From contig JBDTIO010000221.1 of NCBI GenBank assembly GCA_039936375.1, positions 1 to 35,881 of the forward strand: a DNA stretch of 35,881 bases, read 5' to 3'. The stretch comes from Caldimonas sp. (GTDB lineage: Bacteria > Pseudomonadota > Gammaproteobacteria > Burkholderiales > Burkholderiaceae_C). A program made the translations under genes and the position numbers. A model generated the notes under the pieces. The model made no database searches, was not told the origin of the DNA, and saw only the letters and a list, made by a program, of their open reading frames with translations. Below, piece by piece: positions 26,497-35,297 of this stretch; the first letter of the stretch is position 1, and each line of letters opens with the position of its first letter.

Positions 26497-29307
26497 TTAA
26501 GCCGTGGCGCGCTCGATCTGGGACGACAGCGCATGGCGGATGGCTTCGTCGATCTGCCATTGCTGCGCCTCGTCCCAGGCGCTGTCGAACGGCGCTTCGG
26601 TCATCGTCCGCCGCAGTCTGCCGATGAACGCCTGCCAGCTCAGCTCGCCGCGGAACGAACGAGTCAAGCCCAGGCGTTCGCGTGACTTGGCCGTCGAGGC
26701 CGCCAATCCGACGGCGATCGCGACCTTGCCCTCCGCCTGGGCGAGCTCGGCGTGGTCTTCGAGGCAGCCGAGCAACTCCTCGCGCATCTCGAAGGCCTGG
26801 AAGGCGCGCAAGGCGTCGGACAGGCGCAGCCGTGCCGAAGCGAGATCGCCAGTCTGCAGGTCGACCCGCGCGAGCCAGCGCAGCGCGTTCGCCTCGCCTC
26901 GCTTGTCGCCGGCTTCGCGACACACCGTCAGGGAGCGCTTGAACCGGAGGCTTGCCTCGGCATGCTCGGCCATCTCGAACGCGACTTGGCCGAGTACCAA
27001 TTCGCATTCGCCCTCGACCTCCTGGTGACGGATCTCGCAGGCGATCGCCGAGCACTGCTTCAGGTGCGACCGCGCCATTGCGTCGTCGCCCTGGTGCAGG
27101 CGGATCTGGCCGAGATGCAGCAGGCCGATCGCTTCGCCGATGCGGTCTTCGAGGCGCCTGAAGATCTGCAGGGCCTCGCTCTCGCTCGCAGCCGCCTCGA
27201 CGGCGTCGCCGGCCTGGAGACGGGCCATCGACAGCGTCGACAGGGTGGCGGCGATGTCGACCTCGTTGCCCTGCGCTCTCCTCAGCTCGAGGCAGGTCTC
27301 GAGCATCTTTCGCGCCTCGGCATGGTCGCTCTGGCTTTCGGCCAGTGCCGCACCGACGTAAAGCGCCCAGGCGTGGGCGACCGGCGACGCCTGGATCGCA
27401 GGCAGCGCCAGCGCCGACTGCACGAGCTTGCGGCCCTCGGTCGAGTAGCCGCGGAGAATCCAGAAGCCTTGCATCGCGACCGCGAACTTGACGGCGACGA
27501 TCGGATCGACGCCTCCGGCGAGCGACAGAGCGATGGCGCTGCGGACGTTGTCGAGCTCGACCTCGACCTTCCATAGCCAGTCGGCCTGCTGCGGACCCTG
27601 CAGGCCCTTGTTCGCCGACTTGGCCATCGCGAAGTAGTGGTCGCAGTGCCGCGTCGCGGCGGCCGCGGCGTCGTCGCGCCGCGCCAGCTTCTCGCGGGCG
27701 TACTCGCGAATGGTCTCGAGCATCAAGTAGCGCGCCCCGTCGTCGCGTTCCTCGAGCATCACCAGCGATTTCTCGATCAGGGATCCGAGCAGATCGAGTA
27801 CGTCCTCGCTGGCCAGCGGCTCGCCGCCGCACACCGCTTCAGCCGCAGCGAGGTCGAAGCCGCCGACGAACACGCCGAGTCGGTCGAGCGCGATCTGCTC
27901 GTGCGGCTCGAGCAGCTCGTACGACCAGTCGACGAGGGCGCGCAAGGTCTGCTGCCGTTCCTGCAGCACGCGCGAGCCGCCGGTCAGCAGCTTGTAGCGA
28001 TCCTTGAGCCGGGCGTTGATGTCGGCAATGGAGAGCGCACGAATCCGCGCCGCGGCGAGCTCGAGTGCCAGCGGGATGCCTTCCAGCCGGGCGACCAGCT
28101 CGGCCACCATCGGCGCTTCGCGCTCATTGAGCGTGAAGCCGGGCTTGTGCAGTTGCGCCCGGTCGACGAACAAGCGCACGGCCGTCGATCGCGACAGCGC
28201 CTCGATGCCGTCGCCGCGAGCCGGCACGGTCAGCGGTAGCACCGGATAACACTGCTCGCCCGGCGCGCGCAGCGGCTCGCGGCTCGACGCCAGGATCCGC
28301 ACGTGAGGGGCCACCTTGAGGATGGCGCTGGCCATCTGCGCCGACGCCTTGATCAGATGCTCGCAGTTGTCCATGATCAGCAGCGCACGATGGTTCTTCA
28401 GGTGCGAACACAAGGTCTGCAGCATCGGTCGATCGGGCTCTTCGCGCACGCCGAGAACCTGCGCCGTCTCGCTGACGATCAGGGCCGGATCGCTGATCGG
28501 CGCCAGATCGAGGAACCAGACGCCGTCCGGAAAATGATGGATCTGCTCCGCCGCGGTCTGCAGCGACAGGCGGGTCTTGCCCAATCCGCCCATGCCGAGC
28601 AAGGTCAGCAGGCGTGATGCGCCGAGCAGGTTCTTGACCTCCGCCAATTCGCGCTCGCGGCCGATGAAGGATGTCGCCTGGTGGGGCAGGTTGTTCGCGA
28701 TCTCGTTGACCGGCAGCCACCAGTCGCCCATCCAGACGACGCGATGCGCTTTTTCGACGTCGGACGGTGGCACGAAGGAGGCGTCCGGTTCGCCGATTTC
28801 GAAAAGCTCGATGGGATCGGACAGGCCCTTGATTCGCCAGTGCCCATGCGAAACCAGCTTGTGGGCGCTCTTGCCGAGGTCTTCGCGGGCGGCGGCCGAC
28901 AGCAGCGTCTGGCCGCCGCGGGCCAAGCCCATCACCCTGGCGGCGACCGGCTTGGCCAGGCCTTCGACCTCGAGAGGCTTCGCGCCTCGGGCGATGTCGT
29001 CGGACGCGTTCTCGCGCAGGATCACCGGCCCGATGTGCAAGCCGACGCGCGCCGTCAGCAGCATCGGCAGCGTCGCCAGAGCGCGGTGGTAGGCCATCGC
29101 GTAGGCGACCGCGTCGGCGGCGTTGTCGAACAGCAGCAGCATGCCGTCGGTCTTGTCGATCTCGCGCCCGCGCCAGGGGCCGAGCAACGCGCGCGAGACC
29201 CGGTCGTGCGCGGCCCAGATCTCGGCCATCGCGCTGTCGCCGAGCATCTCCGACAGGCGAGTGCTGTCGACGACGTCGGTCAGCAGCAGGGCTTTGATCG
29301 CACTCAT
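26497..29307 (-). CDS. Class III cyclase-like domain + STAND (NB-ARC-like) ATPase + TPR protein
   Basis: LLLTDVVDST, EIDKTDG, RVGLHIG; NNLP..TSFIGRERE, GMGGLGKT (Walker A), LLIMDNCEH (Walker B), LEGIPLALELAAAR; C-terminal TPR-like helices. Confidence 0.9.
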   Translation of the reverse strand: MSAIKALLLTDVVDSTRLSEMLGDSAMAEIWAAHDRVSRALLGPWRGREIDKTDGMLLLFDNAADAVAYAMAYHRALATLPMLLTARVGLHIGPVILRENASDDIARGAKPLEVEGLAKPVAARVMGLARGGQTLLSAAAREDLGKSAHKLVSHGHWRIKGLSDPIELFEIGEPDASFVPPSDVEKAHRVVWMGDWWLPVNEIANNLPHQATSFIGRERELAEVKNLLGASRLLTLLGMGGLGKTRLSLQTAAEQIHHFPDGVWFLDLAPISDPALIVSETAQVLGVREEPDRPMLQTLCSHLKNHRALLIMDNCEHLIKASAQMASAILKVAPHVRILASSREPLRAPGEQCYPVLPLTVPARGDGIEALSRSTAVRLFVDRAQLHKPGFTLNEREAPMVAELVARLEGIPLALELAAARIRALSIADINARLKDRYKLLTGGSRVLQERQQTLRALVDWSYELLEPHEQIALDRLGVFVGGFDLAAAEAVCGGEPLASEDVLDLLGSLIEKSLVMLEERDDGARYLMLETIREYAREKLARRDDAAAAATRHCDHYFAMAKSANKGLQGPQQADWLWKVEVELDNVRSAIALSLAGGVDPIVAVKFAVAMQGFWILRGYSTEGRKLVQSALALPAIQASPVAHAWALYVGAALAESQSDHAEARKMLETCLELRRAQGNEVDIAATLSTLSMARLQAGDAVEAAASESEALQIFRRLEDRIGEAIGLLHLGQIRLHQGDDAMARSHLKQCSAIACEIRHQEVEGECELVLGQVAFEMAEHAEASLRFKRSLTVCREAGDKRGEANALRWLARVDLQTGDLASARLRLSDALRAFQAFEMREELLGCLEDHAELAQAEGKVAIAVGLAASTAKSRERLGLTRSFRGELSWQAFIGRLRRTMTEAPFDSAWDEAQQWQIDEAIRHALSSQIERATA

Positions 29308-29511
29308 CGCGCAGTCGGCAGATGCAGCCCCGTGGAGCGGGGAGGGTTGGGCATGGCGACGAGTCTACCTGCGGCTTTCAGCTCTCATGGGGCGCGTCGA
29401 TTGAAGGACCGCCGCGAAGGCGATGCGATGTCGGGAGGCCGCTGGAGTCGGCCATAATAATTTTTCGATGTCCTTGCATCGACAGGCCCTGATCAACCGT
29501 TCGGAGATTCC

Positions 29512-30009
29512 ATGGCAATCACGCTCCCGGCTGCGATTCGAGCCACCCTCATCGTGTGCACCTGCGCCGTCGCCGCGTTCGCGGCGCAGGCGCAAGGACG
29601 ATTCGTCGTGTCCGCCGACGGCCAGCAGGTGACCGATTCGACCGGCGGGCTGGTCTGGCGGCGCTGCGTCGAAGGCATGAAGTGGAACGGCAGCATCTGC
29701 GCCGGCAAGCCGCTCAAGTACAACTTCGCCGGCGCCAAGGCGGCGGCCGCCGCCGCGGCCGCCGCCGGCAAGGCGTGGCGTGTCCCGACCAAGGAAGAGC
29801 TGCTCTCCCTGGTCGACGCCAAGGTCAAAAAGAAGCCGAAGATCGACCTGGCGGCATTTCCGAACACGCCCTCCCTGCAGTTCTGGGCCACGCGAGCCGG
29901 CGGCGACGACAACCTCAACGCCTGGCTGATCAACTTCGCGAACGGCAGGCTGCTCGGCAACATCGGCCAGGCGAAGTTCCCGCTGCGTCTGGTGCGCACC
30001 GGACCCTGA
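29512..30009 (+). CDS. Exported DUF1566 (Lcl C-terminal-like) protein
   Basis: RBS GGAG; signal peptide; VTDSTGGLVWRRCVEG, WRVPTKEEL, FPNTP..FW, LRLVR. Confidence 0.88.
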   Translation: MAITLPAAIRATLIVCTCAVAAFAAQAQGRFVVSADGQQVTDSTGGLVWRRCVEGMKWNGSICAGKPLKYNFAGAKAAAAAAAAAGKAWRVPTKEELLSLVDAKVKKKPKIDLAAFPNTPSLQFWATRAGGDDNLNAWLINFANGRLLGNIGQAKFPLRLVRTGP

Positions 30010-30016
30010 CTGCTCG

Positions 30017-31726
30017 TCAGGGCATTCCCGGCGCCAGCACCTGCTGCATCGCCAGGCGGATTTGCGGCAGACGCTGCTGAGCCGTGTGCCGGCCATGGTC
30101 GATCATCGCCTCGGCTGCCGCGAAGTTGAAGCCTTCTCCCACCGGGATCGGGACGGTCAGGGACAGATCGGCGTGCTCGGCCTGGTTGGCGGAATCCCAC
30201 CAGCCCATCAAGCGCCAGGCGCCGCCCATCGCGGCGCGCAACCCGAACGGACGATGCAGCCGCTGCTCGAGGCGATCGGCGGCGCGCGCGGCATCGGTCG
30301 GCGACTCGGGATAAGTGGGCCGGACCAGCGCCGCGAGCTTGAATCCGCAGCCACGCGCCGTCAACAGATCCGCCGGCACGCGCGTCACCACGCCGCCATC
30401 GACGAGCACCGCGTTGCCCAGCCGAACCGGCGCGAACACTCCCGGGATGGCCGCCGAGGCCCGTGCGGCCGGCGCCACGGCGCCGCTGTCGAGCACGACA
30501 CGCTTGCCCATTGCAAGGTCGGCGGCGACGACCGCGATCGGCATTCGCAGTTGCGCGAAAGTGGCGTCGCCATACAACTGCCTGGTGAGCGTCGTCATGC
30601 GCGAGGCGGAGACGAGCGAGGCGCGCGGCAGCCACTGCATGCCTTTGGAGCGCGCGAAGTCCGCGACCAGGCGCAGGATGACCTCGGTCGCCGCTCGCGC
30701 GCTGCCGCATCGCGCGTACGCAAGTGCCACGGCACCCCCCATGCTCGAGCCACAAATGAAGTCGATCGGCAAGCCGTCGCCTTCGAGAACCTCGAGCACA
30801 CCCAGATGTGCCAGGCCGGCAGCCGCCCCCACGCTCATGGCCAGACCCACCTCTCGGCCGCTGAGCCGCCGCACGAGGTGGTCCAGTGCCGGCTGGCGTG
30901 CCCGCGACCAGTCGTTGCCCGATGCCGCCGCCTCGATCTCGTCGCGCGGGAGTGCGTGGCACCAGCGCTGCATGGCCGCCGCCTCCGAGAGTGCCCCGCG
31001 CCGCCAGATGACAGGTGCGGCGAGCGTGTCGGGAAGGCCGAGCAGATCGTCTGCGGTGACCAGCAACGCATCGTCGGCATCGAGCTCCGCCAGCAACGTT
31101 GCACAGCCGGCCGGGCCGCTGCCGAGCAGCAGCACCGCGTCGCCTGCACCTTCGTCGCGCCAGCGGCGAATACGCAGCGAGCCAAGCGCAATCTCGTCGC
31201 GCGACACGTCGTCGTGCTCGGAGCCGGGCGCGTAGTGCTGCAAGCCCCGCGCAAGCGCGGCCAGCAAGACTCCGTCGCCTTCCTCCGGGGTCGGCATCAG
31301 CACGACGCGCGGCCGGCTCGCCGGTGCACGGCGCGTGCGCTCGCGCAAGCGCAGCCCCAGCAAGGTTGCCACGTTGCGGAAGAACGCGGTCTCCTGCGCC
31401 ATCGCCTCCAGTAGGACGGGCGCTGAGAGTACCCAGGCTCGTGCATCTCGTTGGGCGACGACGGTGGCCGAGACCGGATCGCCGGTCAGCGCAGACAGCT
31501 CGCCGAAACATTGCGGCGGCACCAGCAGCACCCGCCGGCCGCCGCCCGCCAGGTCGACACGCACGGCGCCGTCGATCAGCCCGAATAGCTCGGCCGACGG
31601 CACGCCGGCGCGCAGGATGATGTCGCCCGCTTCGAAGTGACGAGTCTGCAGGTGTCTCTCGAGTTGCGCGAGCGCCGTGGCCGAAATGCCGGCGAACAGC
31701 GGGTGCAGGGCCAGCGAAGAAGTCAT
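30017..31726 (-). CDS. cNMP-binding domain + patatin-like phospholipase
   Basis: From ATG 31726: LFAGI..FEAGDIILRAG..FGELSAL (cNMP domain); AHLGVL, GSSMG nucleophile, ASAAIPGVF, LVDGG. Confidence 0.88.
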   Translation of the reverse strand: MTSSLALHPLFAGISATALAQLERHLQTRHFEAGDIILRAGVPSAELFGLIDGAVRVDLAGGGRRVLLVPPQCFGELSALTGDPVSATVVAQRDARAWVLSAPVLLEAMAQETAFFRNVATLLGLRLRERTRRAPASRPRVVLMPTPEEGDGVLLAALARGLQHYAPGSEHDDVSRDEIALGSLRIRRWRDEGAGDAVLLLGSGPAGCATLLAELDADDALLVTADDLLGLPDTLAAPVIWRRGALSEAAAMQRWCHALPRDEIEAAASGNDWSRARQPALDHLVRRLSGREVGLAMSVGAAAGLAHLGVLEVLEGDGLPIDFICGSSMGGAVALAYARCGSARAATEVILRLVADFARSKGMQWLPRASLVSASRMTTLTRQLYGDATFAQLRMPIAVVAADLAMGKRVVLDSGAVAPAARASAAIPGVFAPVRLGNAVLVDGGVVTRVPADLLTARGCGFKLAALVRPTYPESPTDAARAADRLEQRLHRPFGLRAAMGGAWRLMGWWDSANQAEHADLSLTVPIPVGEGFNFAAAEAMIDHGRHTAQQRLPQIRLAMQQVLAPGMP

Positions 31727-31776
31727 CGCGTCGAACCGGGCGCCGGAGGATCCGAGGCCCCCATGAATACCATGCG

Positions 31777-33213
31777 TCAGAGGTATTTCTGCCAGAGCGA
31801 GTTGCTGAAGCGGCTCTGCGGGTCGACAACCGCCTTGAGCTGGCGCAGCTGCACGACTTCTGGGTAGGCGCGCTCGAACTGCTCGCGCGTGGCTTGCAGC
31901 TGATACGGCAGGTAGTAGCGCCCCTCGTGCTGCAGTGCGGCGTCGATGAGCTCGCGGGTCCATTCGCCGACGACACCCTGCGCCCGCAGGTCGACGCCCT
32001 GCCTGTAGAACAGCACGAACGAAAACACATCTTCGCGGGCCCAGGGCAGCAGCGCCAGCGTATCGGCCGGGCTGTGCCGGATCGAGACATTGACTGCGGC
32101 CACGCGGTGGCGCCGCAGGATCCGGCCCATCTCGCGCACGAAGGCGTCGAAGTGTCGCGGCGGGACGAAGAACTCGTCGAGCGCGTAGGTCGCGAGGCGG
32201 CGCGAATACGGCTCGAGCGAGGCCACGTCGAGGCTCGCCTCGTGGTTACGCCAGGCGACCTCGGGGCGGGCCCGGCGCACCCAGTCGCTCGCCGGCTCGC
32301 GCAGGCGGCCGGCCAGCGGCAACTCGGTCAGCGACCACAAAGCGTTGCGCTCCAGCTTGTAGGTCTGGCCGCGCGGCACCAGGCGTTGCGGGCGCGTCAG
32401 CGGCTTGTCGGTGCGGCGCCAGGTGATGGCCAGCGGCGCATCGAATCGCGGCGGCAGCAAGTCGGCGTTGTGCATCACGCTGGAGCGATCGTTCAGCACC
32501 TTGTCGGCAAAGAACCTCGGGTAGTCGGCCAGCGGCACGAACTCGATGTCGCGCTCGATCTTCGTGTTGTCGTCGAGATCGAGCTCGACTTCGGTGATGA
32601 CACCGATCGCGCCGTAGCCTCCCAGCGCCGCGCGCAGCAACTCGGTGTTCTCCCGACGGTTGGCCTCGACGACGCGGCCGTCGGCCAGCACCAGCTGCAG
32701 CGCCTGCACCGAGTGACCGATCGGCCCATGCCCGACATAGCGGCCATGGGCGTTGACCGATACCGCACCACCGACCGTGAAGTTGGCATAGCTCTGCATC
32801 GTGCGCACCGACAGGTCGTGCTCGTCGAGCGTGTCCTGCAGGTCACGCCAGGTGATGCCGGCCTGCACCCGAACGCGGTGCTCGTCGGCGCGCAGCCAGA
32901 CGACGTGCTTCATTTGTCGCATGTCCAGGTGCAGCCCGCCGGCGATGGCGATCTGCCCGCCCATGCTGAAACGGCCGCCGCCGATCGCCACCTGGCCGGG
33001 CCAGTCGCGCAGCGCACGCACGACAGCGTCGGTGTCGGTCGGCGTCTCGATGCGCGCAACCTCGACCGTATACAGGCGCGTGACGTTCTCGACCGGCAGC
33101 GCAAGCGGCGCAGCGAGTGCAACGAGCGGCGCGAACTCGCATGCGACGGCGACCGCAAGCGCCTCGGCCAGCAGAGTCCGGCGGCTGCAGCTCAACGGCG
33201 GGTCGGCAAGCAT
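31777..33213 (-). CDS. FAD-binding oxidoreductase (FAD_binding_4/ALO-like) with a possible Tat signal
   Basis: SRRTLL leader; GGGRFSMGGQ, VQAGITW, TVGGAVSVNAHG, GGYGAIGVI, YYLPYQ, DPQSRFSN. Confidence 0.88.
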   Translation of the reverse strand: MLADPPLSCSRRTLLAEALAVAVACEFAPLVALAAPLALPVENVTRLYTVEVARIETPTDTDAVVRALRDWPGQVAIGGGRFSMGGQIAIAGGLHLDMRQMKHVVWLRADEHRVRVQAGITWRDLQDTLDEHDLSVRTMQSYANFTVGGAVSVNAHGRYVGHGPIGHSVQALQLVLADGRVVEANRRENTELLRAALGGYGAIGVITEVELDLDDNTKIERDIEFVPLADYPRFFADKVLNDRSSVMHNADLLPPRFDAPLAITWRRTDKPLTRPQRLVPRGQTYKLERNALWSLTELPLAGRLREPASDWVRRARPEVAWRNHEASLDVASLEPYSRRLATYALDEFFVPPRHFDAFVREMGRILRRHRVAAVNVSIRHSPADTLALLPWAREDVFSFVLFYRQGVDLRAQGVVGEWTRELIDAALQHEGRYYLPYQLQATREQFERAYPEVVQLRQLKAVVDPQSRFSNSLWQKYL

Positions 33214-33296
33214 GGCCGCTAGTATGCCGCCGCGCCTTGCGCCTGTGGCACATTGCACGACGCTTGCATGCAAGGCAGCGCATAAGGAAGACACGC

Positions 33297-34007
33297 ATGT
33301 CAGCGCACGAATTGTTCGCCGCCGCAGCCGCAAGCCTCGCGCAGGCGTTTGCGTCGCCGCTGGCCATCTTCGCCCTGTGCTCGGCGGGAGTTGCCGCCGT
33401 GCTGGTGATCGTCAGCTCGTTCGTCAAGACCATGATCCCGCTGCGCTGTCTTGCGGTGGGCGGCAACCTGGGCTTCCTCGTCTATGGGGCACTCCATCCA
33501 TCGCTGGTGATGGTGCTGCTGCACGGGACGCTGCTGCCCGTCAACATCTACCGGGCCATGGAGATGGTTCGCCTGACGCGCCGCGTGCGCGCGTCGGCTT
33601 CGGTGGGCGATCTGTCCGGCATCTGGCTCAAGCCCTACATGCGCAGACAGCGCCTGAAGGCGCGCGCCGTGTTGTTCCGAAAGGGCGATGCCGCCGATCA
33701 CCTGTATTTCCTCGTCGAGGGTCGCATCGAATTCGTCGAGATCGGCGAAGTGATGGAGGCCGGCAACCTGTTCGGCGAGATCGCCTTCTTCGCGCCTGAC
33801 AAACGCCGAACCTTGACCGCTTTCTGCACGACGGATTGCACCGTGCTGCGCATCGACGAGGGGACCTTTCAGCAGCTGTATTTCCAGAACCCGGCGTTCG
33901 GCTTCCAGGTCGTGACGCTGGTCGCCGGCCGGCTGATGGCAGACCGGAACCGGCTGGAGCAGCAGCTCGCCGCGAGCAGGTCGAACGCGAACATTCCGGG
34001 CGCGTGA
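33297..34007 (+). CDS. Membrane protein with a C-terminal cNMP-binding domain and no HTH
   Basis: RBS AAGGAAG; TM region with TMIPLRCLAV; LFRKGD, FGEIAFFAPDKRRTLTA. Confidence 0.85.
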   Translation: MSAHELFAAAAASLAQAFASPLAIFALCSAGVAAVLVIVSSFVKTMIPLRCLAVGGNLGFLVYGALHPSLVMVLLHGTLLPVNIYRAMEMVRLTRRVRASASVGDLSGIWLKPYMRRQRLKARAVLFRKGDAADHLYFLVEGRIEFVEIGEVMEAGNLFGEIAFFAPDKRRTLTAFCTTDCTVLRIDEGTFQQLYFQNPAFGFQVVTLVAGRLMADRNRLEQQLAASRSNANIPGA

Positions 34008-34259
34008 TCGCATGAGCCGGTCTACTGGCGCCGAGTTGCATCAGCCTGCACTGCGACGTTGCTCTCGCCGAGCGAACTCGGCGGTCACGGGGCACCAGCA
34101 GTCACTCGCCAACAACAGCAATTGTTAGGGTTTCGTCCGCCTCATTTCGTGAAGACTGAAGCACCCCGAGCGCACAGATAATGGCGATCCCGGGTCGATC
34201 GCGACGGGCCCAGTCCGGGTTGTGCCCGCGATCTATTCGTTCACAGGGAGGTTTTCACG

Positions 34260-34592
34260 ATGGGACTGCTGGACGGAATTTTGGGTGGCGTCGTTGGCGG
34301 TGAGATGGTCTCCGTCGTCAACAACTTGATCGAAAGGCACGGTGGCGTGCAAGGGATCGTCGACCAGTTTCAAAGGCAGGGGCTGGGTGCGACAGTCCAG
34401 TCCTGGGTCGGCAATGGACAAAACCAGAGCATCTCGCCCGACCAGGTGCATCAAGCCTTCGACCAGGACACCCTCAACGCGATGGCGGCCAAGCTGGGCA
34501 TGTCGTCGCAAGACCTGGCGGGCAAGCTGTCCGCGATACTTCCGCAGGCTATCGACAAGCTCACGCCGGGGGGCGTCGTGCCGTCGCAGTAA
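34260..34592 (+). CDS. YidB (DUF937) family protein
   Basis: MGLLDGILG, GLGATVQSWVGNGQNQSISPDQ, LPQAIDKLTPGG. Confidence 0.9.
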   Translation: MGLLDGILGGVVGGEMVSVVNNLIERHGGVQGIVDQFQRQGLGATVQSWVGNGQNQSISPDQVHQAFDQDTLNAMAAKLGMSSQDLAGKLSAILPQAIDKLTPGGVVPSQ

Positions 34593-34661
34593 CGGCTTGC
34601 CCGAACCACGCGGCACCTGCCGCGTGGTGTTCCAAGCGCCGGGAACGGCTTCCCGTCGCCG

Positions 34662-35117
34662 TCAGGAACAGGCCTTGCCGTGATCGGCGTGAGCGCCTGC
34701 GGCCTTTGCGGCCGCCTCGGTCATGTACTCGCCCTGCTTGGTCTTGCCGTAGTACTTGGTACCCGAGCAATGATAGACCTTCGAGCTCGTGTTGACCCAG
34801 ACCTGGCCCGGGCCACCCCCGGCGGCGGGCGCCGTCGCGGGTGCTGTTGCAGTCTTTGTCGCTGCGGGAGTCGTCGTCACGGCGGCAGCGGGTGCCGCCG
34901 TCTTCATCGCCGGCGCAGCGGCGGCGGTCACCGCGAACCAGTCCTTTACGCCCTTGTGACCGGCGCAGGCACCTTTCTTGGTCTCTTGGGACGTGTACGA
35001 GCCGTCCTTGCACACACCCGTCGATCCCGCAGGGGCACCGGCGGGGGCTTGGGCGAACGATGTGCCCGCTGCGAAAAGGCCCGCGACCAGGGCAAGAGAG
35101 GCGAATTGACGATTCAT
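34662..35117 (-). CDS. Secreted two-domain small protein (DUF3761-like Cys motif + VWVN..YHC domain)
   Basis: Signal peptide ending SFA; CKDGS..GACAGHKGV; Ala/Thr/Pro linker; VWVNTSSKVYHC..YYGKTKQGEYMTEAAA. Confidence 0.8.
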   Translation of the reverse strand: MNRQFASLALVAGLFAAGTSFAQAPAGAPAGSTGVCKDGSYTSQETKKGACAGHKGVKDWFAVTAAAAPAMKTAAPAAAVTTTPAATKTATAPATAPAAGGGPGQVWVNTSSKVYHCSGTKYYGKTKQGEYMTEAAAKAAGAHADHGKACS

Positions 35118-35297
35118 CGAGTGCTCCAGAGGATGTTTGCGTGAAAGATGCAGCCCATCGTCGCGCGAGACGGCGTGTTCGTGGACGCGCGAAGGGCTCG
35201 GCGACGCGACGCGACGCGACAGAATTCTACGCAGGGCGTCGGCGAACCGGGATCGTGTTCAATGGGGCCCATCTCAACGTATCTTCGGACTGCCGCG

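Noticed and set aside
29470-29514. gtccttgcatcgaca...cggagattccatg upstream of DUF1566, resembling the 3' part of the conserved element
   Set aside because: Only about 8 contiguous nt match and the phased TTCA block is missing, so it is too weak to call a third copy.
29737-29770. GCC/GCG run encoding poly-Ala in the DUF1566 gene
   Set aside because: An ordinary low-complexity helix, in frame.
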